Of a DNA stretch of 45,349 bases, positions 8,601 to 16,944 are shown piece after piece. Under the pieces are notes generated by a model. It was not told where the DNA came from. It saw only the letters and a program-made list of their open reading frames with translations, and ran no database searches. Every line of letters begins with the position of its first letter. Within the stretch, counting starts at the first letter, position 1. Source of the DNA: Brevibacterium luteolum (GTDB lineage Bacteria > Actinomycetota > Actinomycetes > Actinomycetales > Brevibacteriaceae); NCBI RefSeq assembly GCF_013004595.1, contig NZ_JABEMC010000008.1, positions 62,001 through 107,349 of the forward strand, written 5' to 3'. Position numbers and translations under genes: made by a program.

Positions 8601-10527
8601 GGGTATCGGCGATATGAGCGGTGACGTGTTCGGCAACGGCATGCAGCGCAGCGAGCACATCAATCTCGTCGCCGCCTTCGACCACCGCGACATCTTCATC
8701 GATCCGGACCCGGATCCAGCCCAGTCGTTCGCCGAGCGGCGGCGGCTCTTCGAGCTGCCGCGCTCCTCCTGGCAGGACTACGACCCGGAGCTCATCTCCG
8801 CAGGCGGCGGCGTCTACCCCCGCTCTGCGAAGTCGGTGAAGCTCAGCGAGCAGGCCGCCAAGCGTCTCGGCATGAGCCCCGGCCAGTACCGGCCCAACGA
8901 CCTCATCCGCGGCATCCTTTGTGCCCCGGTCGACCTGCTGTACAACGGCGGCATCGGCACCTACATCAAATCTTCGCAGGAGACGGCCGCTGACGTCGGC
9001 GACAAGGCCAATGACGCCATCCGCGTCGATGGTGCTGAGCTGCGCGTGCGCGTCGTCGGAGAGGGCGGCAACCTCGGCGCCACCCAGCTCGGCCGCGTCG
9101 AGGCGGCACTCGGCGGCGTCAAGATCAACACCGATGCCGTCGACAACTCCGCCGGAGTCGACTCCTCTGACCAGGAAGTCAACATCAAGCTGCTGCTCGA
9201 CACCCTCATCAAGAACGGGGCGTTCAGCTCCGATGAGCGCGTCGACGTGCTGCTGTCGATGACCGACGAGGTCGCCGACAAGGTGCTGGCGAACAACTAC
9301 AGCCAGAACGTCCTGCTCGGCGAGGCCCGCGACGGAGCCGACGTCATGTCCGGCACCCACCGGCGCCTCATGCGCTACCTGGAGAGGAACGCCGACCTCG
9401 ACCGGGCTGTCGAGTTCCTGCCGACGACCAAGCAGCTGGCCAACCGCACCTCGACCGGCGGGGGCCTGACCTCGCCGGAACTGGCCGTGCTGCTGGCCTA
9501 CGTCAAGATGAACGCCGCTGATGCGATCCTCGACAGCGACGTGCCGGGCGAGGAGTGGATGAACGAGCACCTGCTCGCTTACTTCCCGGCCAGCCTCGCC
9601 GAGCGCTTCGGCGAGCACTTCGCCGAACATCCGCTGCGCCGCCAGATCGCCACCGCACGCCTCGTCAACCGGATGGTCGACCGCGGCGGACTGACGTACA
9701 TCTTCCGGATGGTCGAGGAGACTGGTGCGACGATCCCGCAGATCGCCCGCGTCTTCACCGTCGTCAGCGAAATCTTCGACCTCGACAGCCACTTCGACGA
9801 CATCTGCGCACTCGACAACGTCGTCGACTCCAGCGTCCAGGTCAAACTCCAGCACGGCTACGTGCGGCTGCTCGACCGCGCCTCCCGGTGGCTCGTCCAC
9901 CAGGCGCCGACGCACCTCGACGTGCCCTCGGGCATCGAGCGCTACGGCTCGATCCTCGAACAGCTGCGCCCGCAGGTCCCGCAGCTGCTCGAAGGCACCG
10001 ACGCCCGCGAGCTGGAGTCCAACGCCCAGGCGTTCATCGCCGAAGGCGTGCCGGAATCGGTCGCCTACCGGGCGGCGGCGCTGCTCGACGAGTTCGCGCT
10101 GCTCGACGTCGCCCAGATCGCCAACCGGCTCAGCATCCACGGCGAGGACGTCGCCGAGGTGTACTACCAGGTCACCGACCTGCTCTCCGGTGCCGAGCTG
10201 CTGCAGCTCATCGGCGAACTCGACCGCTCCGACCGCTGGTCGGCGCTGGCTCGCGGTGCGATGCGCGATGACTACTACCAGGCCGTCTTCGCCGTCGTGC
10301 TCACCGTGCTCTCGGCGACCGAGGCGGAGGGGGCGACCCCAGCCGAGCGCGCCCAGCACCGCATCGCCCAGTGGCGTGAGAACAACGAGGCATCGCTGGG
10401 CCAGGTGCTCGAGACGATCGATGAGATCCGTCAGCTCGACACCGTCACCCAGACGCCGCTGTCGGTGCTGCTGCGCATGATGCGCGGCATCGTCCGCTCG
10501 ACTGTCTGGCAGTCAGAGGAGAGCTGA
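5641..10527 (+). CDS. gdh: Large NAD-specific glutamate dehydrogenase
   Basis: 1628 aa; [56 protein letters not shown]. Confidence 0.97.
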   Translation: [1628 protein letters not shown]

Positions 10528-10543
10528 GACCGGGGAGAAGACG

Positions 10544-12049
10544 ATGCACCCGCACAGCGACATCGACGCCACTGAGCACTTCACCGACCAGCGGGATTTT
10601 GAGTGGCTCAGCACCCTCGTCGGCGACTGGCAGCTGTTGGCTGACCTGTCGTTCGCCGACCTGCTGCTGTGGGTTCCCGCCACCGAGGCGCCGGGCAGGT
10701 TCCGGGTGGCCGCCCACTGCCGGCCGACCACCGGGGCGACAGCCTACCCCGAGGACGTCGTCGGGCTCATCAGCGTCGGCATCGAAACAGAGCTCATGCA
10801 GCGGGCGTGGGACAGCCAGGAGATCATCATCGCTCCCGGCCAGGACGAGATCCACGATTCCAGCGCTCCGATCGCCGGTGCCGAGGTGGTGCCGGTCGTG
10901 CGCGAGGGCCGGGTCATCGCCGTGCTCACCCGGCACACTGAGGAGCTGCGCCGCAGCGTGTCCTCGCGGCTGGAACGCAACTACCGGGCATGCGCTTCGA
11001 TGCTGCTGACGATGATCGCCGAGGGCGACTACCCCAACCTCGACGACGATGCCGCCGGCCACCACGGCGACTCCCGCGTCGGCGACGGGATAGTCGTGCT
11101 CAACCGCGAGGGGCGGGTGCGCTATGCCTCGCCCAACGGCATCTCCGTCCTCCACCGCCTCGGCCACGATGACGAACTGGAGGGCCGTTACCTCAACGAG
11201 GTCGTCGCCGGCCTCGTCGAGCAGCTCCGGCCGGTCGATGAGACCCTCCCGGTTGTGCTGACCGGTCGCGCACCGTGGAGCACCGAAGTCGAATCCGGCA
11301 GCGTTATCGTGACCCTGCGCGCAATCCCGTTCACCCGTGCCGGCAACCGGATCGGGGCGGCGATCCTGCTGCGCGATGTGTCCGAGATCCGCCGGCGGGA
11401 CCGGCAGCTGCTCAGCCGTGACGCGATGATCCGTGAGATGCACCACCGGGTGAAGAACAATCTGCAGACGGTTGCGGCGCTCCTGCGCCTGCAGACCCGC
11501 CGCATCTCGTCGGCCGAGGCGAAGGGTGCGCTGGAGGAGGCGACGCGCCGCGTGTCGATCATCGCCGTCGTCCACGATGTGCTCAGTCAGGGCCTTGACA
11601 GCGAGGTCGATTTCGATGAGATCGTCGACAAGGGCCTCAAACTCACTCCCGAGCTCGCCAGCCCGCACGTCGAAATCACCCTGCAGCGCACCGGCAGCTT
11701 CGGCAAGATCTCCTCGGTCGATGCGACGTCCCTGGCACTGGCGCTCACCGAGCTGGTGACCAATGCCGTCGAGCACGGCTTCCCGCTCGATCTCAAGAAG
11801 CCCGCCACCGATGAGCGTCTGCAGGCCACCGTGTGGGTCGAACCCGAACGCGTCGGCAACCGGCTGCGTGTCACCGTCGCCGATGACGGCGTCGGCCTGC
11901 CGGAGGAACAGGGGCCCGGCAGCGGACTCGGCACCCAGATCGTCAAGACGCTCGTCTCCACCGATCTGGGCGGGGAGATCACCTGGCAGGCTCGCAAAGG
12001 AGGCGGCACCGCCGTCATCATCGACGTGCCGCTCGGCCGCGACCGCTGA
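10544..12049 (+). CDS. pdtaS: Cytoplasmic sensor histidine kinase, PdtaS type (GAF-PAS-HisKA_2-HATPase)
   Basis: WQLLADLSFADLLLW, REMHHRVKNNLQ, ELVTNAVEHG, DDGVG, GLGTQIV; adjacent to whiB1. Confidence 0.9.
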   Translation: MHPHSDIDATEHFTDQRDFEWLSTLVGDWQLLADLSFADLLLWVPATEAPGRFRVAAHCRPTTGATAYPEDVVGLISVGIETELMQRAWDSQEIIIAPGQDEIHDSSAPIAGAEVVPVVREGRVIAVLTRHTEELRRSVSSRLERNYRACASMLLTMIAEGDYPNLDDDAAGHHGDSRVGDGIVVLNREGRVRYASPNGISVLHRLGHDDELEGRYLNEVVAGLVEQLRPVDETLPVVLTGRAPWSTEVESGSVIVTLRAIPFTRAGNRIGAAILLRDVSEIRRRDRQLLSRDAMIREMHHRVKNNLQTVAALLRLQTRRISSAEAKGALEEATRRVSIIAVVHDVLSQGLDSEVDFDEIVDKGLKLTPELASPHVEITLQRTGSFGKISSVDATSLALALTELVTNAVEHGFPLDLKKPATDERLQATVWVEPERVGNRLRVTVADDGVGLPEEQGPGSGLGTQIVKTLVSTDLGGEITWQARKGGGTAVIIDVPLGRDR

Positions 12050-12057
12050 GTGAACAT

Positions 12058-12097
12058 ACAGCAGCGCCCGCCGTCGATGAACGGCGGGCGCTGCTGT
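12058..12097. terminator. Hairpin between convergent pdtaS and whiB1
   Basis: Perfect 17-bp stem acagcagcgcccgccgt / acggcgggcgctgctgt. Confidence 0.8.
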
Positions 12098-12138
12098 CAT
12101 GTCTGTCGAGGTGGCGGTTCTGACCGGCGGGCTGCGTG

Positions 12139-12387
12139 TCAGCCGGCGCGGCGGGCGCGAGCGGCACGGCGCTTGAGGGCGCGGCGCTCATCTTCGCTCA
12201 TGCCGCCCCAGACTCCGGCATCCTGGCCGGATTCGAGTGCCCACTGCAGGCAGATCTCGGCGACTTCGCAGCGGCGGCAGACACTTTTGGCCTCTTCGAT
12301 CTGCAGGAGCGCAGGGCCGGTGTTGCCGATGGGGAAGAAGAGTTCGGGATCCTCATTGAGGCAAGCCGCGCGATGGCGCCAATCCAT
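12139..12387 (-). CDS. whiB1: WhiB-family Fe-S transcriptional regulator (WhiB1/WblE)
   Basis: MDWRHRAAC..EDPELFFPIGNTGPA, four Cys, GVWGG, basic tail. Confidence 0.95.
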   Translation of the reverse strand: MDWRHRAACLNEDPELFFPIGNTGPALLQIEEAKSVCRRCEVAEICLQWALESGQDAGVWGGMSEDERRALKRRAARARRAG

Positions 12388-12629
12388 GGTGTCCTTTCCT
12401 GGAGCGGAGGTCGCCGGAGCCCGGGGAGCTGGTGGGCCCAGATCGGCACACAGCAGGCTGGCGACAGCAAGTGGTCGCTATGTCAACCAGATTCACATAT
12501 GAGACAGGACAGCACAAGAGGGTCGAAGTGTGAAATCACCGACAATCTTTTATTCTGCGGGGTCTGCCGCAGCATCGCAAATCGATCCTCAGCCTTGCCC
12601 GCTTCGCACCGTTCTGCTTGGCTGAGGAC

Positions 12630-13211
12630 ATGGAGAACATCAGCGACCTGCGCGACGTGCGCATCATTGCCATCGGCGATCTCAAGCCGCAGATCCACAC
12701 CACTGCCTTCGTCGCACCCGGCGTCACGCTCATCGGCGACGTCCGCCTCGGGGCCGGCAGCAGCATCTTCTACGGCACCGTGCTGCGCGCCGAATCGAGC
12801 CCTATCACGATCGGTGAGGGGACCAATGTGCAGGACAACTCGGTCATGCACTCCGATCCCGGCCGTCCGGTCACTGTCGGCGCCCGCGTGTCGGTCGGCC
12901 ACCGCGCGCTCGTGCACGGCTGCACGGTCGGCGACGACTGCCTCATCGGCATGGGCGCAACCCTGCTCAACGAATGCGTCATCGGCTCCGAGACCCTCGT
13001 GGCAGCCGGCGCTCTCGTCCTCGAAGGGATGGAGGTCCCCTCCGGCTCCCTGGTGGCAGGGATGCCGGCGAAGGTGCGCCGCGAGCTGACCGCGGAGAAT
13101 ATCGAGCACATCCGCACCAACGCCGCCTCCTACTCCGAACTGTCGGCCGCGCACCGACAACAGGGCCGCATCGTAGGTCCCGCAGACGTGCTCACCGAGG
13201 CGATCGGCTGA
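12630..13211 (+). CDS. Gamma carbonic anhydrase family (hexapeptide repeat) protein
   Basis: LIGDV, GTNVQDNSVMH, VGH..LVHGC, GMPAK..REL. Confidence 0.92.
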   Translation: MENISDLRDVRIIAIGDLKPQIHTTAFVAPGVTLIGDVRLGAGSSIFYGTVLRAESSPITIGEGTNVQDNSVMHSDPGRPVTVGARVSVGHRALVHGCTVGDDCLIGMGATLLNECVIGSETLVAAGALVLEGMEVPSGSLVAGMPAKVRRELTAENIEHIRTNAASYSELSAAHRQQGRIVGPADVLTEAIG

Positions 13212-13292
13212 ACCAGCCTCCCCCTTTTCCGGCGAACGAAGGTTGTCCACGCCTTCCTAGCCGCCCGCGGCGCCGTTGGGCATGATGGCCGT

Positions 13293-15167
13293 ATGGCTTT
13301 CATCCGTGCTCTGCGCCGCTACCCGCTCGCGGGGCTGGCCGTCGTCGCCTTGGCGACGACGCTCATCCTGCTCGCCTCAGGGTTGCCCGGCGTCGCCCAG
13401 ATCCTGGCGACGAGCGTCATCGGCATCGTCGTCCTCCTCACCGTCTGGGACATGATCAAGGACATCATGGCCGGCAAGTGGGGTCTCGACATCCTGGCCG
13501 TCGTCGCGATGGTCGCCACCGTGCTCGTCGGCGAATACGTCGCCGGCCTCATCATCGTGCTCATGCTCACCGGCGGCGAAGCGCTCGAGGAGATGGCCGC
13601 AGGCCGGGCCGGGCGCGAACTCGATGCGCTCATCAGCCGCGCCCCGCAGTTCGCCCACCGGGAGGGCGCTGACGGCCAGCTGACCCAGATCCCGGTCGAC
13701 GAGGTGGCCATCGGCGACATCCTCGCCGTCCGGCCGAATGAGACGCTGCCGGTCGACGGAACCCTGCTCGACGCATCGGCGACCATCGATGCCTCGGCGA
13801 TGACCGGCGAACCGCTGCCGGTGACCTTCAGGACCGGGGACACCCTCGCCTCGGGCACGGTCAACGAGACCCGCGCCTTCCGCATGCAGGCGACCGCCAC
13901 CTCGGCGGACTCCCAGTACGGCTCGATCGTCAAGCTCGTGCGCGAGGCCGTCGAATCCCAGGCCCCGATGGTGCGCCTCGCCGACCGCTATGCGGTGCCG
14001 TTCACGATCGTGTCCCTGGCGATCGCCGCCTTCGCCTGGTTCATCAGCGGCAACCCCACCCGGTTCGCCGAGGTCCTCGTCGTCGCCACCCCCTGCCCGC
14101 TGCTCATCGCCGCCCCGGTCGCATTCATGGGCGGGATGAGCCGGGCTGCGCAGATCGGCGTCATCATCAAGAACGGCGGCGCGCTCGAAACGCTCGCCCG
14201 CGTCCAGTCCGCCGCCCTCGACAAGACCGGCACGCTCACCCGCGGCAATCCTGAGGTCCGCCGCGTCATCCCCGGCACACACAGTGAAGACGAGCTCATC
14301 GCCCTGGCTGCCGCGGCCGAGCAATTCTCGCTGCACGCCTTCGCCCAGTCGATCGGCGCGGTGGCCAGCGAGCGCGGGCTGACCCTGCCCGAGGTGGCAG
14401 GCGCCGACGAGACAGCGACCAACGGCGTGCGCGCCTACCTGGCCGACGGCACCGAGGTGCGGGTCGGCAAGATCACCTACATCGAAGAGGTCGCAGGCCC
14501 CCTCGAACCGGCCGAGCTGGCACCCGGGGAGACCTTCGTCTACGTCTCCCACGGCAGCGACCTGGCCGGCATCATCATCCTCGCCGATGAGCTGCGCGCC
14601 ACCGCCGCCGGCACCGTCGCCCGGCTGCACGAGCTCGGCGTCACCGACATCGCGATGCTCACCGGCGACAACGCCGCCACCGCCCGGGCGATCGCCGGTG
14701 AGGTCGGCATCGACGAGATCGAAGCCGGCTGCACCCCGCAGACGAAGGTCGAGCACCTGGCCTCGATGCGCAACCGGCCGGTGCTCATGGTCGGCGACGG
14801 CGTCAACGACGCCCCGGTGCTCGCCGCCGCAGATGTCGGCATCGCGCTCGGTGCGCGCGGGGCGAGTGCGGCCAGCGAATCGGCCTCGGCGGTCATCACC
14901 CAGGACGATATCGCCAACGTCGCCTATGTCATCGAGATCTCCCAGCGCACCGTGCGCATCGCGCTGCAGAGCATCTGGCTGGGCATCGCGATCTCGATCG
15001 GGCTCATGATCGTCGCAGCCCTCGGCTACCTGCCCGCGGTCGTCGGCGCGATCCTGCAGGAGGGCGTCGACCTCGTCGCGATCCTCGGGGCCCTGCGGGC
15101 ACTGCGTGTCAGCCACACGCCCGTGCCCGAGGCGGTCGAGACTGCCGCGGGCCGCCAGGCCGCTTAG
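13293..15167 (+). CDS. Heavy-metal P1B-type ATPase (P1B-5-like signature)
   Basis: TGE, TPCP, DKTGT, TGD, GDGVND, QEGVD motifs. Confidence 0.92.
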   Translation: MAFIRALRRYPLAGLAVVALATTLILLASGLPGVAQILATSVIGIVVLLTVWDMIKDIMAGKWGLDILAVVAMVATVLVGEYVAGLIIVLMLTGGEALEEMAAGRAGRELDALISRAPQFAHREGADGQLTQIPVDEVAIGDILAVRPNETLPVDGTLLDASATIDASAMTGEPLPVTFRTGDTLASGTVNETRAFRMQATATSADSQYGSIVKLVREAVESQAPMVRLADRYAVPFTIVSLAIAAFAWFISGNPTRFAEVLVVATPCPLLIAAPVAFMGGMSRAAQIGVIIKNGGALETLARVQSAALDKTGTLTRGNPEVRRVIPGTHSEDELIALAAAAEQFSLHAFAQSIGAVASERGLTLPEVAGADETATNGVRAYLADGTEVRVGKITYIEEVAGPLEPAELAPGETFVYVSHGSDLAGIIILADELRATAAGTVARLHELGVTDIAMLTGDNAATARAIAGEVGIDEIEAGCTPQTKVEHLASMRNRPVLMVGDGVNDAPVLAAADVGIALGARGASAASESASAVITQDDIANVAYVIEISQRTVRIALQSIWLGIAISIGLMIVAALGYLPAVVGAILQEGVDLVAILGALRALRVSHTPVPEAVETAAGRQAA

Positions 15168-15271
15168 GGCAGCCGGTGGCCCAGCCACTAGGATGGGAAG
15201 CGAACGACAGGGCGGCCGCAGCGCCGCCGCTGTCATGCCATCGACTTGCCTGCCGCTGAGAGAATGAGACT

Positions 15272-16708
15272 GTGAAGAACGTACTTGATCCCTCCCAGAA
15301 CCGCGTCGTCATCATCGGCGGTGGTCCCGGCGGCTACGAGGCCGCACTCGTCGCCGGCCAGCTCGGCGCCGATGTCATGCTCATCGAACGCAACCGCTGC
15401 GGCGGATCTGCGGTGCTCACCGATGTCGTGCCGTCGAAGACCCTCATCGCCACCGCCGAGCTCATGGGCCAGATCGAGGTCTCCGGGCCGCTGGGCATCC
15501 GCCTGCGCGGCACCGAGGACGGTGAGCCCGCTGCGATCGAACGCGGCGCCGCCCGCGCCGACCTCGACACCATCAATAAGCGGATCAAGCACCTGGCCAA
15601 CGCTCAGGCGACCGACATCTACGACGGGCTTGTGGCCGCCGGCGTCAAGGCGATCAAGGGAACGGCCCGGATGTCGGGCCGGCACACCGTCCACGTCGTC
15701 GAGGAGGAGGGCAACGAGTACGAACTCGAAGCCGATGTCGTCCTCATCTGCGTCGGCGCGCACCCGCGCGAGCTGCCGAGCGCCCAGCCCGACGGTGAGC
15801 GGATCCTGACGTGGACGCAGCTCTACGACCTCGACGAGCTGCCTGAGCACCTCGTCGTCGTCGGCTCCGGTGTCACCGGTGCTGAGTTCGCCTCCGCCTA
15901 CCATGCTCTCGGTTCGAAGGTCACGCTCGTATCCTCCCGGGACCGGGTGCTGCCCGGCGAGGACAAGGATGCTGCCGATGTGCTGGAGAAGGCGTTCCGC
16001 TCCCGCGGCATGAACGTGCTCTCCCGTTCGCGTGCCGAATCGGTCACGCGCACCGACGATGGTGTGCTCGTCACCCTTGACGACGGGCGCAAGGTCAATG
16101 CCAGCCACTGCCTCATGGCCGTCGGCTCGATCCCGAACACCAAGGACCTCGGTCTCGAATCGGCCGGCGTGCAGCTGGAGGACTCCGGGCACGTCGTCGT
16201 CGACGGCGTCTCGCGCACCTCCCGGCCGGGCATCTACGCCGCCGGTGACTGCACCTCGGTCATGCCGCTGGCCTCGGTGGCCGCGATGCAGGGCCGAATC
16301 GCGATGTGGCACGCCCTCGGCGATGCCGTTGCTCCCCTCAAGCTGCGCAATGTCGCCTCGAACATCTTCACCAGCCCGGAGATCGCCACCGTCGGCTTCT
16401 CCCAGAAGGACTTCGAGGAGGACCGCAAGGAGATCGACTGCGTCACCCAGCCGCTGAGCACGAACGCACGGGCGAAGATGCAGGAGATCAGCGACGGCTT
16501 CGTCAAGATCTTCTCCCGCCGCGGCTCCGGTTCGATCCTCGGCGGTGTTGTCGTCGGTCCGAAGGCCAGTGAGCTCATCCTGCCGATCACCCTGGCCGTG
16601 GAGAACCGGCTGACCGTCGACCAGCTGGCCTCCAGCTTCACCGTCTACCCCTCGCTGTCGGGCTCCATCACCGAGGCGGCGCGCAAGCTGCATCACCACG
16701 CCAGCTGA
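15272..16708 (+). CDS. lpdA: NAD(P)H-quinone dehydrogenase, LpdA type (flavoprotein disulfide reductase family)
   Basis: GGGPGG, LTDVVPSK (no redox-active CxxxxC), GSGVTGAEFA, YAAGD, TVYPSLSGS. Confidence 0.88.
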   Translation: MKNVLDPSQNRVVIIGGGPGGYEAALVAGQLGADVMLIERNRCGGSAVLTDVVPSKTLIATAELMGQIEVSGPLGIRLRGTEDGEPAAIERGAARADLDTINKRIKHLANAQATDIYDGLVAAGVKAIKGTARMSGRHTVHVVEEEGNEYELEADVVLICVGAHPRELPSAQPDGERILTWTQLYDLDELPEHLVVVGSGVTGAEFASAYHALGSKVTLVSSRDRVLPGEDKDAADVLEKAFRSRGMNVLSRSRAESVTRTDDGVLVTLDDGRKVNASHCLMAVGSIPNTKDLGLESAGVQLEDSGHVVVDGVSRTSRPGIYAAGDCTSVMPLASVAAMQGRIAMWHALGDAVAPLKLRNVASNIFTSPEIATVGFSQKDFEEDRKEIDCVTQPLSTNARAKMQEISDGFVKIFSRRGSGSILGGVVVGPKASELILPITLAVENRLTVDQLASSFTVYPSLSGSITEAARKLHHHAS

Positions 16709-16761
16709 GCCAGCCGGCGCAGCCGGTGCCTGCCGGGCAGGACCGGCGGCTGAATACACGA

Positions 16762-16794
16762 CTGCGGGTGCACTCGATTCGAGTGCACCCGCAG
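16762..16794. terminator. Perfect palindrome between convergent lpdA and accA
   Basis: ctgcgggtgcactcga-t-tcgagtgcacccgcag (16-bp arms). Confidence 0.7.
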
Positions 16795-16944
16795 CTGTGT
16801 TTCGGGGGATCGGGAGCTGGCGTCACCGGCAGACTCACTGTCTCATGCGCACCGAGTCGGCACAATTGGACTTTGGTGCAGTCGACTACGACTTTCGTCT
16901 AGGTCTGCCTGAAGCCGGCCCGCTGACCTGCGGCTGTGCGCGGC

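Noticed and set aside
6244..10359. Long antisense ORFs (525 and 775 aa) opposite gdh, and similar ones opposite pdtaS, the P1B ATPase, lpdA, accA and the AI-2E gene
   Set aside because: They are expected shadow ORFs from high-GC codon bias, have no recognisable motifs, and fully overlap well-supported genes.
10544..12049. Orphan histidine kinase as a novel system
   Set aside because: PdtaS is known to be encoded apart from its response regulator PdtaR and next to whiB1.
15272..16708. Dihydrolipoamide dehydrogenase, or a pseudogene lacking its redox cysteines
   Set aside because: Loss of the CxxxxC disulfide is characteristic of the LpdA quinone reductase subfamily, so it is neither a true Lpd nor an anomaly.
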